Shown here piece by piece: positions 46,940-55,608 of a stretch of DNA of 64,000 nucleotides. The first letter of the stretch is position 1. The number at the start of each line of letters is the position of its first letter. The stretch is taken from IMG/VR virus record IMGVR_UViG_3300009159_008629, positions 1 to 64,000 of that record. One strand, written 5' to 3'. Origin of the DNA: a virus. The notes below the pieces were generated by a model. That model was given only the letters and a program-made list of their open reading frames with translations, was not told the DNA's origin and did no database searches. The position numbers and the translations under genes were made by a program.

Positions 46940-47751
46940 CCCCGCTTGGACAGGACGGATTCCAATTGCGCTATCTTCGCAAGACCCGATGAGCCGCCAC
47001 GCTCGATGCCTTCCATCTTTTCCACGCAATCCCCGTCGCTGGTTTCGTATATCCTTGATTTCAGGACTGATTCCAGGTACGACAACGCCCAACCGTCGAT
47101 CTCACCGCGAATCTCCTCGGAAAATATCTGGGTCGTTATGTCGGCGTGGAAAGACATCCCGGGTATGCTGACGCATAACCTCCTGTTGCTTGACTTGGAG
47201 AGTTCGACGAATATGTCGTGGTCGTTCGGGTGCATCGTCGAGCAGTGTTTTCGGAAGACTTGCTGGTCCTCCCTTATCGTCTCGACCTTGCACGCGAACG
47301 TCATGGTCGTGCTGACGGATGTCCTCCAGTGCCGGTTTCCCTTCCTGAACACTGTGCATTCCTCCCCGCCGCCATAAGACTTCCCGTACTTGTCCGGGTG
47401 GTCGTACAAGGTCGCGTAGTCGCCGAAAGCCAGACCATCCTCTATCGCCACACGGCTGCCTTCATTGTGGAGGTAATCGTCCTCGACGAAATATATGGTC
47501 TCGCCATCCTGCTCTGCCATGGACATGTCCATCGCATATATGAAAGACGGGGCGTTGCCAAGACTCGTGGTCACAACGTTGAGTCCGACGTCGGACAGCC
47601 AGGACAAGGTCTCGTCATGGCAGTTGTCGGCTACGACGACATCTATCTTGCCGAATTTCTCAAGGAAGTTCTCCAGGCAAACCTTCTTGCCGGCTCCGGG
47701 AAGCTTCTGTTTTCGGTATCCGTTGTCGCTTATCCTGTAGAAAACCTTCAT
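46936..47751 (-). CDS. GT-A fold glycosyltransferase-like protein
   Basis: ADNC, YFVEDDYLH, YDHPDKY and STTMTFA. Confidence 0.65.
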   Translation of the reverse strand: MKVFYRISDNGYRKQKLPGAGKKVCLENFLEKFGKIDVVVADNCHDETLSWLSDVGLNVVTTSLGNAPSFIYAMDMSMAEQDGETIYFVEDDYLHNEGSRVAIEDGLAFGDYATLYDHPDKYGKSYGGGEECTVFRKGNRHWRTSVSTTMTFACKVETIREDQQVFRKHCSTMHPNDHDIFVELSKSSNRRLCVSIPGMSFHADITTQIFSEEIRGEIDGWALSYLESVLKSRIYETSDGDCVEKMEGIERGGSSGLAKIAQLESVLSKRG

Positions 47752-49262
47752 TTCATGCCCCTTATGATTTCCTCTATTGCGGCAAAGGCTTCCGACCACC
47801 CGGCGTTCTTGTCCTGCCGGAAAAGCGTGACGCTGTCATACCAGTCGTTGTCGCTCCCGTCGCGTTTCCACCTCCAGTCGCCGTTGCAAGATATGAGCGC
47901 AATGGTCCTCTTCCCAAGAGCCCCGGCAAGGTGAAGCACCGCCGTGTCTACGGTGACCACAATGTCCATGCATTTTATTATGGAGGCGGTCTTCTCGAAG
48001 TCCGTCTGGAACTCCGAGACATCGACCACGCTCATGTTCTCCGTGCCATCTGTAAGGTCAACAGGCTCGTCCTTGAACCTGTACATCCTGGGTCTCGTGT
48101 CCTTCTGCAGGTTGAACAGCTTGACCCCGGGGATATCGTGTATGCCCTTGAACAGCTTGAGTTGGCATGACCTTTGGGCGTCATTCGGATGCTGTGGGTT
48201 CCCAGCCCATGCTATCCCGACTTTCGTGAAGCCGGAATAGTCGGAGGCATTGAAGGTGGTTGAGCAATCGAGGTATGGGGCTTTAGGTATGCTCGTGGAT
48301 CTAAGGAGGAACGGCAAGCTCACGATGGAGCATTGGTAGTCATGTGGCGGAATGCCGAACGAGCCATCCCTGTGTTCGTATATTGGTATTTGCGACGGGT
48401 CCTTGACGTAAACCTCGTCTACATACGGTTCGAACAGGCTTTGCAGGCTATCCCAGCAGTGCATGACGACGCGGGCGCCCTTTTCCCTGAGGAACTTGAC
48501 ATACCTGAAGAAATGGATGACGTCGCCGGTTCCTTGTTCGGAGTGAACCAACACGGTCTTGCCGGAAATGTCGTCGATTCCGTTCCATTTGGTTTTCGGG
48601 TCATATATCTTGTCCCAGAACTTGGTCTGGTCGTATACCTTGAATCTCCACTCGTATTCTGGCCAAGCCTTGTCCCATTCCCCGCGCAGCTGGTGTATAG
48701 ACGCCAGGTCGACGTGACCAGCCGCGAAATCGGGATTCAGGTCCAGGGATTTCCTGAAGCACCTTTCCGCCTCATCCAGGTTCCGCAGCTCTCCGTAGCA
48801 TCCTCCAAGCATTCCCCATGTCTCCGGGGTTTCCTTTATCGATATTGACTTGAGGAATGAGTCTATCGCCTTTTCGACCTGCTTGTCGTTGCGGTATTGC
48901 AGACCAAGGTTGCTGTGGACGAAATTAAGACCGGGATTTATGTCTATCGCCTTCAATATGGACTCTATCGATTCCTTGTACATTCCCATCCCCGCATAGC
49001 AGAGACCAAGGTTGTTGTGGTTCTCGTAGTTAGACCCGTCTATGGATATAGCCCTGTCGAAGTGCTTGACGGCAGAATCGAAATCCCCCCTCTTGTGGCA
49101 TATGAGACCAAGAAGCTGGATGACGTTGGCGTTTTCCGGGTCGATCTTGATCACCTGGTTGGCGAGAAGCTCGGCATCCCTGTCGTTGCCCTCGGAGAAT
49201 TTCTTGAGCATGAGCTCGCTGGCTTTCTTCTTGAGATCGGCAATTTGCACTTCATCAAACAT
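47748..49262 (-). CDS. TPR-repeat protein fused to a GT9-like glycosyltransferase domain
   Basis: Several TPRs, then YEWR, EQGTGD.I.F.RY, VGIAWAGNP, VTVDTAVLHLAGALG and DWRW. Confidence 0.85.
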   Translation of the reverse strand: MFDEVQIADLKKKASELMLKKFSEGNDRDAELLANQVIKIDPENANVIQLLGLICHKRGDFDSAVKHFDRAISIDGSNYENHNNLGLCYAGMGMYKESIESILKAIDINPGLNFVHSNLGLQYRNDKQVEKAIDSFLKSISIKETPETWGMLGGCYGELRNLDEAERCFRKSLDLNPDFAAGHVDLASIHQLRGEWDKAWPEYEWRFKVYDQTKFWDKIYDPKTKWNGIDDISGKTVLVHSEQGTGDVIHFFRYVKFLREKGARVVMHCWDSLQSLFEPYVDEVYVKDPSQIPIYEHRDGSFGIPPHDYQCSIVSLPFLLRSTSIPKAPYLDCSTTFNASDYSGFTKVGIAWAGNPQHPNDAQRSCQLKLFKGIHDIPGVKLFNLQKDTRPRMYRFKDEPVDLTDGTENMSVVDVSEFQTDFEKTASIIKCMDIVVTVDTAVLHLAGALGKRTIALISCNGDWRWKRDGSDNDWYDSVTLFRQDKNAGWSEAFAAIEEIIRGMK

Positions 49263-49289
49263 TATTCGTTACTCCGGCATAAATAAACT

Positions 49290-49463
49290 ATGTTAAAGGA
49301 AGAACCTAAAAAGCATCAAGATGTTTCTGACAAAAAAACCATGGAGGCGACTCCAGCGGACCCGAAGCCTAAAGGCTGTGGCTGCGGGGGTGGAGTGAAG
49401 GTTACTAGAGAAAAGATGCTTCAGGAACTCCACGAAAAAATGAAAAAAACCAAGTATCTTTAG
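49290..49463 (+). CDS. Small protein with GCGCGGG motif (57 aa, not in ORF track)
   Basis: ATAAATA exactly 4 nt before ATG 49290; MLKEEPKK...PKGCGCGGG...KYL. Confidence 0.6.
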   Translation: MLKEEPKKHQDVSDKKTMEATPADPKPKGCGCGGGVKVTREKMLQELHEKMKKTKYL

Positions 49464-49472
49464 GAGGCTATT

Positions 49473-49715
49473 ATGCCATGCGGATGCAGAAAGAACACGT
49501 TCAAGAGCAGGTCCGCCCCGGTCATGGGACCTAGCAGGGCTAATTTCCAGCCGAATTCCAACAACAAGATAATAGCTCCGGCAAACGTCAACAAGGCGTC
49601 GCATGCCGGATCGCAGACCCCGACACCAAGCCGAAACTCATCATCGGAGTCCAACGAAAGGAGAAAAATCCAGAACGTGAGGCGAGACGCGATAAAGAGG
49701 GCTTTCAACAAATAG
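49473..49715 (+). CDS. Small basic protein starting MPCGCRK
   Basis: AGGAGG RBS. Confidence 0.7.
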   Translation: MPCGCRKNTFKSRSAPVMGPSRANFQPNSNNKIIAPANVNKASHAGSQTPTPSRNSSSESNERRKIQNVRRDAIKRAFNK

Positions 49716-50465
49716 TCAGTTACCGATGTCGAATTTCGGTCTGATCTGGGGCATAGTCCAGACTTCCTTTCTTATTACTGTATTGACGGTGGCGTTCCGG
49801 ATTGTCCATTCCATCGATATGCCTTCTTTGTACCATATGATGTGAATCTTTCTCGGCACGAATGTTTTCCCAGGAAAATCGTATTCCGAGATCTCGGAGC
49901 TGGCTGTCATCGAGCCGTCCTCTCCATACAAATAGCTTCCTTTTATTGCCCCAGATTCGCCCACGAGGGTTCCTATCGTTGTTTTCTCGCCTAGATGGTT
50001 TTTCTCCTCCTTGAGGAACATTTGGCTTCCCCCCATCTTGATCTTTTCCCCTGTGGATTCCACCTTCGGTCTGACGCATGTCAGCATCCATTTGGGGTCC
50101 AGGGCTGGCTTCAGTTTGGTTTTCCCAATGTTGTCGAGGCTGGAGAAGTACAACCCATACGGCTTTCCGCGCCGTGACCAGTACCAGAGTTCGGAATCGT
50201 TTATTCCGACATCTATCTCCTTTCCAAGAACGCTTGAAGCCACCAGCCTGAATTTGTCGCCCTCGACACATATCGTGCCGTGAAGGCTGACGGAGATTCT
50301 TTGCCTAACCGTTATGAGTATTTCCGCATGCATGTTCTCGTAGGCAGCCAAAGGTTTCTCTTTGCCAGCAAGCCCTTCGCTTGTGCCTTTCGCTGATTTT
50401 GGATCGATTTTAATGGCAAAAAAAACGATTGGGATGATAAATAGAATCAAGAGTAGTTTTTTCAT
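49716..50465 (-). CDS. Exported LolA/DUF4292-like beta protein
   Basis: Signal anchor MKKLLLILFII...; KFRL...GKEIDVGINDSELWYWSRR. Confidence 0.5.
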   Translation of the reverse strand: MKKLLLILFIIPIVFFAIKIDPKSAKGTSEGLAGKEKPLAAYENMHAEILITVRQRISVSLHGTICVEGDKFRLVASSVLGKEIDVGINDSELWYWSRRGKPYGLYFSSLDNIGKTKLKPALDPKWMLTCVRPKVESTGEKIKMGGSQMFLKEEKNHLGEKTTIGTLVGESGAIKGSYLYGEDGSMTASSEISEYDFPGKTFVPRKIHIIWYKEGISMEWTIRNATVNTVIRKEVWTMPQIRPKFDIGN

Positions 50466-50498
50466 TACAGATACATAGTTTCAAACACGGAGAAAATC

Positions 50499-51275
50499 AT
50501 GATACCTTACCGCAAATGGAAGTTCCTAAACGAAAGCATATTCAACAGGACGCTCGGAATCACGAACCACCAATCGCTGGGGTTGATCAGCCCTTTCCTG
50601 ACCGCGCAGGATGGAGCTCAGGAAGTTACGTCCAACCAGGACGGGGAAGAAAACGTTCTCGTGGACGAAAAAAGCTCGCACGGCAAGAAAAAGAAGTCAG
50701 AGATGGAGAAAATGGAGAAGTGCAAATATTGTGGGTCGAAGATGAAGAAAGAACACATGGATGAAGACGAATATGAAAGTGACGAAGATGAGAGTGGCGA
50801 AGAGGATGAAGAGGAGGAAGAAGAGGAAGGCGAAGGCGAGGAAGAAGAGGAAGGCGAAGGCGAGAGTGGCGAAGAAGATGAAGATGGTGAAGACGAGGAT
50901 GAGGATGAAGATGGTGAAGATGAGGATGAGGGCGACATGGATGAATCCAAGAAGCATAAATCAAAGAAAGGCATGAAGCACATGAAGTGCATGAAGTGCA
51001 TGAAGGAATCCTTCAAGTACAATTTCATGAAGGGAAAAAAGGGCAAGAAAGTCAAGAAGGGCAAGAAGGTAGACAAGAAATCGGAAGGCGATGTCGCCGC
51101 CGATGGCAGTATTGACGCCATGGTAAAGAAACTCGTCAAGAAGGGAATGCCCGAGAAATTCGCGATGGTTATCGCCAAGAAGAAAGCAGAAAAGGCAAAG
51201 AACGAGTCGTCCTGGATGAATGATATTTTCGGCGGCGATCCCAACAAAAAGAACTATGACGGCATCAACGATTAG
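50499..51275 (+). CDS. Low-complexity protein with a long Glu/Asp tract and Lys-rich segments
   Basis: About 60-residue acidic run; GGAG RBS; ATACATA at 50471-50477. Confidence 0.7.
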   Translation: MIPYRKWKFLNESIFNRTLGITNHQSLGLISPFLTAQDGAQEVTSNQDGEENVLVDEKSSHGKKKKSEMEKMEKCKYCGSKMKKEHMDEDEYESDEDESGEEDEEEEEEEGEGEEEEEGEGESGEEDEDGEDEDEDEDGEDEDEGDMDESKKHKSKKGMKHMKCMKCMKESFKYNFMKGKKGKKVKKGKKVDKKSEGDVAADGSIDAMVKKLVKKGMPEKFAMVIAKKKAEKAKNESSWMNDIFGGDPNKKNYDGIND

Positions 51276-51304
51276 ATTTTAAGTCAATCAAATCCTCAAG
51301 TTTA

Positions 51305-51340
51305 AAAAAAGCCCCAAGTTTAAAAACTTGGGGCTTTTTT
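51305..51340. terminator. Bidirectional intrinsic terminator
   Basis: AAAAAAGCCCCAAGTT-TAAA-AACTTGGGGCTTTTTT between convergent genes. Confidence 0.8.
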
Positions 51341-52216
51341 CATTTCTTCTGCCATTCTCGAGATCCCCTCTTTGATTCCCACTTTTGGGATGAAGCCAAT
51401 TTCCCTTCTGGCTTTATCCATGCAAGCCAAGGTGAATGGCTGGTACGCCGACTCGTAAGGGTTGTCGATGTACTCGACCCCAATGTCTTTTCCCGTGGCT
51501 TCCTTTATTCCCTTCACGATGTCGTTCATGGATGTCGAAACGCCGCTCCCTATGTTGAAGACGTCGCTTTTCTCGTAATCGAGGCATTTGACGTTGGCGT
51601 CCACCACGTCATCCACCGAAACCCAGTCGCGACTTTGCTCCCCCCACTTGAAAAGCTTCAGGGTCTCCCCTTCAGTCGCCTTCCTGCACATCTGGTAGAC
51701 CATGCTGGCTCGCTTGCCCTTGTGGCTCTCCCTTGCCCCGTAAACGTTGAAGTAACGAAGCCCAATGGTCTGCACCCCAAAAAACTTCCCGAAGTCGGCA
51801 GTGAGCATTTCCAGTATGTCCTTGGACATCGAGTATGGACTCAACGGCGAGGTCTCCATGTCTTCCCTGTACGGAGGCTCGAGCTTCCCATATACGGACG
51901 CGCTGCTGGCATAGATTATTTTCCTGCACCCTAAAAGCCGAACTAAGCCGAACACGTCCAGCGACCACTTGCAGTTGGACCGGAACATGCTTTCCCTGTC
52001 GCTGTCAGTCGTGTCGTTGTTCGCAGCTTGGTGAAAACAGACATCTATCTTCCCCAAGCTCCTCAGATCGCTCAAGGTGTTGACGAAGTGGTGATGGTTG
52101 CATTTCTGTTCGGAAGGCGAACCCATTATTGCCACCTCGTGTCCGAGACGGTGCAGCTTGTCGGCGAGACAAGAGCCTATGAATCCGGTGCCGCCAGTAA
52201 CAAGAATTAAAGACAT
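51320..52216 (-). CDS. hldD: ADP-L-glycero-D-manno-heptose 6-epimerase-like SDR
   Basis: GGTGFIG, YASSASVYG, YSMSK, LRYFNVYG.RESHKG.RASMV, RDWV.VDDVV and YQPFT.A. Confidence 0.7.
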   Translation of the reverse strand: MSLILVTGGTGFIGSCLADKLHRLGHEVAIMGSPSEQKCNHHHFVNTLSDLRSLGKIDVCFHQAANNDTTDSDRESMFRSNCKWSLDVFGLVRLLGCRKIIYASSASVYGKLEPPYREDMETSPLSPYSMSKDILEMLTADFGKFFGVQTIGLRYFNVYGARESHKGKRASMVYQMCRKATEGETLKLFKWGEQSRDWVSVDDVVDANVKCLDYEKSDVFNIGSGVSTSMNDIVKGIKEATGKDIGVEYIDNPYESAYQPFTLACMDKARREIGFIPKVGIKEGISRMAEEMKKAPSF

Positions 52217-52217
52217 A

Positions 52218-52246
52218 TTGAAAATTTAACCTCACGCCATTAAAGT
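52218..52246 (+). promoter_or_regulatory. Sigma70-like promoter
   Basis: TTGAAA-17nt-TAAAGT. Confidence 0.45.
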
Positions 52247-52274
52247 AGGGTCGAATTCATGTTTTGGGGAAAAA

Positions 52275-52994
52275 ATGAGAAAAAACATCTTATTCTATTT
52301 CGACAATTACTGCAATATCGGGCTAAGCCCGATTGTCGTCAACTTCATGTCCAAGAAACCGGTGCTGGCTGGCTGGAACGAAAACTACAACCAAAAAAGG
52401 TGGAGATCCATATTGTGTCGCGACGAACGCGACTTCAACATAGCCATACTTCTCGGCAGGATCGTGGACGTCGAGGCTGACTCAGACGAGGGCAACGAAC
52501 TGCTTCAAAGCCTCATAGGCGACAGCAAGCATCCATGTTTCAAGAGCAGCAGGTCGGTCCACCACCTTTTCCTGAACCCAGACCCGTCGCTGACAATGAA
52601 GGTGTACCACGGCATAGAGTTCAGGGGGAACAAGGTTTGCAGCGTGATGCCGCCATCGGTGCACGAGGACGGAACGGAGTACAGGTTCCTCAAGTCGAGC
52701 CAGCTTCCGATACCCCAGATGCCGGACGACCTCTTGCGTTTCTATTGGGGTAACAGGAAGGCGGAGATGGATTTGGCGTCACCAAGGAAGCCAGCCAAGC
52801 CGAAAGTGAAGAAGGACCACAAAAGGCTTGCCTGCCCGGAGTGCAAGAAGACTGTCTACATCCACAAGAAGAGGCTGGTCTTGGAGGTTCGTTCCTTTTC
52901 CCAAAAAGGCATGTCTTGGTCATGCAGGTCATGCAGGACGATAGATGTCAGGGATTCATGCAGGACGATAAGGTCACAGACCGCAAAGGAATGA
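52275..52994 (+). CDS. Bifunctional primase-polymerase (Prim-Pol) domain plus C-terminal zinc ribbon
   Basis: KKP...W, NIAI, VDVE, HH.F and PPSVH..G..Y; CPEC...CRSC. Confidence 0.65.
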   Translation: MRKNILFYFDNYCNIGLSPIVVNFMSKKPVLAGWNENYNQKRWRSILCRDERDFNIAILLGRIVDVEADSDEGNELLQSLIGDSKHPCFKSSRSVHHLFLNPDPSLTMKVYHGIEFRGNKVCSVMPPSVHEDGTEYRFLKSSQLPIPQMPDDLLRFYWGNRKAEMDLASPRKPAKPKVKKDHKRLACPECKKTVYIHKKRLVLEVRSFSQKGMSWSCRSCRTIDVRDSCRTIRSQTAKE

Positions 52995-53576
52995 AGCCGC
53001 GTATTCCACGTCCACCTTGGTTATCGAGTGACCGCCGTCTTGCTTCTCTATCGTGGTGATCACGTGACCTTCCCTGAGAAGGGCGTTCTTGGTCGGCATG
53101 AACCTCTCGCCGTAGCCGAACGTGTTGTCGTCCCGCGCGTGGATCATGAGGCATGGGGTCCTGTGCTGGTTTTTCTTGACTCTCGAAACGTCCAGGATGC
53201 ATCCGCTGTGGCACACGGCAGCCATGAACCGGTTCGACATGGATACCTCCAGCGCCATCACCCCTCCGGCGGAGTATCCCGAAAGTATTGTCTTGAGAGG
53301 GTCGACGTTTTCGTCCGACGACAGCCTGTTCACGAATTCGTTGACGTTCTTCACCGACTTGCATATGCCAGACACGGATTCGGACTGGTTCAGAAGTCCG
53401 TTCGGCTTGGGATACCATTCCGTCTCGGGACTCATGGCTATTAGGTTGAACGACTCTTCTATCTTCTTGTTTTCCCGATAGAGGCTCATGAGTTCTTCCG
53501 GGTCTTGACCCCTTCCCGAGAATATGAGTATCGTCTTTTCCTTTTTCGTATTTTTTCTTTTCAGGAAACTGAACAT
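52974..53576 (-). CDS. Alpha/beta hydrolase (phospholipase/carboxylesterase family)
   Basis: GYSAGG nucleophile elbow, H...D and GHSI. Confidence 0.75.
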   Translation of the reverse strand: MFSFLKRKNTKKEKTILIFSGRGQDPEELMSLYRENKKIEESFNLIAMSPETEWYPKPNGLLNQSESVSGICKSVKNVNEFVNRLSSDENVDPLKTILSGYSAGGVMALEVSMSNRFMAAVCHSGCILDVSRVKKNQHRTPCLMIHARDDNTFGYGERFMPTKNALLREGHVITTIEKQDGGHSITKVDVEYAASFLCGL

Positions 53577-54487
53577 TTGATGTTCCACTCCTTGTAGAAG
53601 TCGAATTTCTTGTCCTGCATCTCGTATATCTGCGATATCAGGCTGTGCGGCAGGTGCCCTTCGACTATGTGCATGAAGTTGCTTGCCTTTTTGCGGTCGC
53701 AGGAGTTTATGCATTGCCTGAGAAGGTCTATGTCGTACCCGAAACAGGAGTGAGCCTTCAAGACGTCATCGTCGTCGAGGAGCGACTCATCCACCGCCCA
53801 GAATTTCTTGTGACCGCCATCCTCCACGAAATCTATGGTGAACTCCGTCAGGTCGTAAACCAACTCGAGAAGCTTGGGGCTTTTGACCCAGAAGTTTCCT
53901 AGGCACCTGTACTCGAGTCCGTGCTCGGGGATCCTGTGGCTTCCCGCGTGACCGTACACGTTCCTCCGGAAGACCTGTGTGGCGTCATGGTCGAGAAGTA
54001 CTGATGGAAGACCTATGAACAGGTCCATCATCCTTATGACGTTGAGCATCTCCATGCCATCGTTGAGCAGTTCGTTTTCGCCGATGTGGATGTGTCCCCC
54101 GGCTGTCCTGAATCCGGTGGTCTCTATGATCTCCTGGGGCGGGAGGACTTGCTCGAGCGTGTACGCGCAGTACTCCGGGTTGCAGCCGGCTATCCTCGCC
54201 TCCCTTTCGGTGAGTTCGCTGTCCGGGAACCAGTTGGACGACTCGACCTTTATCTCGTGTTCGTGCAACTCCTCGTTGAGGAGGTCGATGGCGTCCCTGA
54301 AGTTGTCGACGGCGTTCATCTTGCTGTAGCTTGGCTTGACCTGCATCTCGGCAAGCACGTTGTCGTAGTACACGGACGCGCCATTCACGGTTTTTCTTTT
54401 TTCTTTGCTCGGAAGCAACCGTATGGCGCTCCTTAGATTGCCATTGTTGGAAACAAAGACTTCTGGGTCTGAACCGAAAGAGAACAT
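53561..54487 (-). CDS. phiEco32-like COOH-NH2 ligase type 2 (amidoligase)
   Basis: FGSDPEVF, DNVLAE, GCNP, RTAGGHIH and YG.AG..R....GLEYR.L.NFW; AGGAGG RBS. Confidence 0.85.
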   Translation of the reverse strand: MFSFGSDPEVFVSNNGNLRSAIRLLPSKEKRKTVNGASVYYDNVLAEMQVKPSYSKMNAVDNFRDAIDLLNEELHEHEIKVESSNWFPDSELTEREARIAGCNPEYCAYTLEQVLPPQEIIETTGFRTAGGHIHIGENELLNDGMEMLNVIRMMDLFIGLPSVLLDHDATQVFRRNVYGHAGSHRIPEHGLEYRCLGNFWVKSPKLLELVYDLTEFTIDFVEDGGHKKFWAVDESLLDDDDVLKAHSCFGYDIDLLRQCINSCDRKKASNFMHIVEGHLPHSLISQIYEMQDKKFDFYKEWNIKCSVS

Positions 54488-54495
54488 GAGACCTC

Positions 54496-55251
54496 CTAGA
54501 AAAGGTGCCACCTTGGTACAACCACACTTGAACCAGCTATTTTCTTTCTAATTTCGTTAGTATATGATAGTATGCCCGTATCATTATGGATGCGGTCTGC
54601 CGTCAGATTTGGGTAGTTCTTTTCCATCTTTTTGTAGAATATCTTCCCGTCGCCCATCTTGATGATCTTCTCCATGCCGAGGAACGAGTCTCTGAGGAGC
54701 GTGGAATCCTTGTTCTGGTATGGCTTTATCCTTTCCGAGATCATGTCGCCAACGGTCTTTTGGAACGAGTTTCCGGGCTTGTGAGCCATGCCAACCCTTA
54801 CGAGAAGAACGAACAGGGATATCATCGGCGGGGCTTTCAGCCATCTTTTTGAGCCCCTCACCATCCAGCACCCTTTTTCGCACCTTCTGGTCTCGCTCTT
54901 TCTCATCCCCAACATTTTCTCCATCTCGTTGATGAACAGGATGGAGTTCCCGATGTTCTCGTCGAAATTAGCGTCGCCGTTGCTCCTGAAAAGCATGCGG
55001 AGCTCGTCCATGTGCATCCTCGGATTCCTTTCCGGGTTGTACATGAAGTTGAATATGTTTATGGGTTTGTTGCGTATGTTGGAGAAAATTATGGTCTGGA
55101 GGAAGTCCTTGCAGAACAAAAATTCGTGGCATTGCTCGTATTCGTCCGAAACGAACGAGAACTCCAGACCTTTCTTGTATATTTGAAGTATGTTCAAATT
55201 TCTTCTCTTTGATTCATACCACTTGATTCTACGAGAACAATTTTCCATCAT
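54496..55251 (-). CDS. Hypothetical protein cotranscribed with the amidoligase
   Basis: 251 aa with CKDFLQ and W...P.MISL..LL.R; sigma70-like TTGAAC-18nt-TATAAT upstream. Confidence 0.7.
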   Translation of the reverse strand: MMENCSRRIKWYESKRRNLNILQIYKKGLEFSFVSDEYEQCHEFLFCKDFLQTIIFSNIRNKPINIFNFMYNPERNPRMHMDELRMLFRSNGDANFDENIGNSILFINEMEKMLGMRKSETRRCEKGCWMVRGSKRWLKAPPMISLFVLLVRVGMAHKPGNSFQKTVGDMISERIKPYQNKDSTLLRDSFLGMEKIIKMGDGKIFYKKMEKNYPNLTADRIHNDTGILSYTNEIRKKIAGSSVVVPRWHLF

Positions 55252-55297
55252 AGGTCCTATTACTTCAAATTATAAGGTAATTCGTGAATCTAGTTCA

Positions 55298-55304
55298 ATA
55301 TATA
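55298..55304 (+). promoter_or_regulatory. Late-promoter-like ATATATA box
   Basis: Exactly 4 nt before ATG 55309. Confidence 0.55.
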
Positions 55305-55308
55305 ATTT

Positions 55309-55608
55309 ATGAAAGGTTTCACGCAATTTCTTGAAAATAACAATGTCGACTCAGAAATAATACACATGTATCTGAATGGCGACGGAGTCTCCGTTTCCGA
55401 TATAGGTGCGAACTATGGGAAATCCGAGACGGATGTATATAGGATTCTGAGGGCGAACAGCATCAATCCGAACAGGAAAGGTGTCCACCACGAGAAGGTC
55501 AGGAGTCTTTCCAGGCTTGGGTGGGGAATTCACGAGATATCCTCCATGACCGGATACTCTACTAGGAACGTTCGTTACATACTTAAGAGGGAACATGGCT
55601 CTATCTGA
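55309..55608 (+). CDS. Tandem HTH protein with N-terminal MKGFTQFLE motif
   Basis: SVSDIGANYGKSETDVYRIL and GIHEISSMTGYSTRNVRYIL. Confidence 0.7.
   Translation: MKGFTQFLENNNVDSEIIHMYLNGDGVSVSDIGANYGKSETDVYRILRANSINPNRKGVHHEKVRSLSRLGWGIHEISSMTGYSTRNVRYILKREHGSI

Noticed and set aside
50618-51247. Poly-Ser and poly-hydrophobic ORFs on the - strand
   Set aside because: Reverse complement of the Glu/Asp-coding tract.
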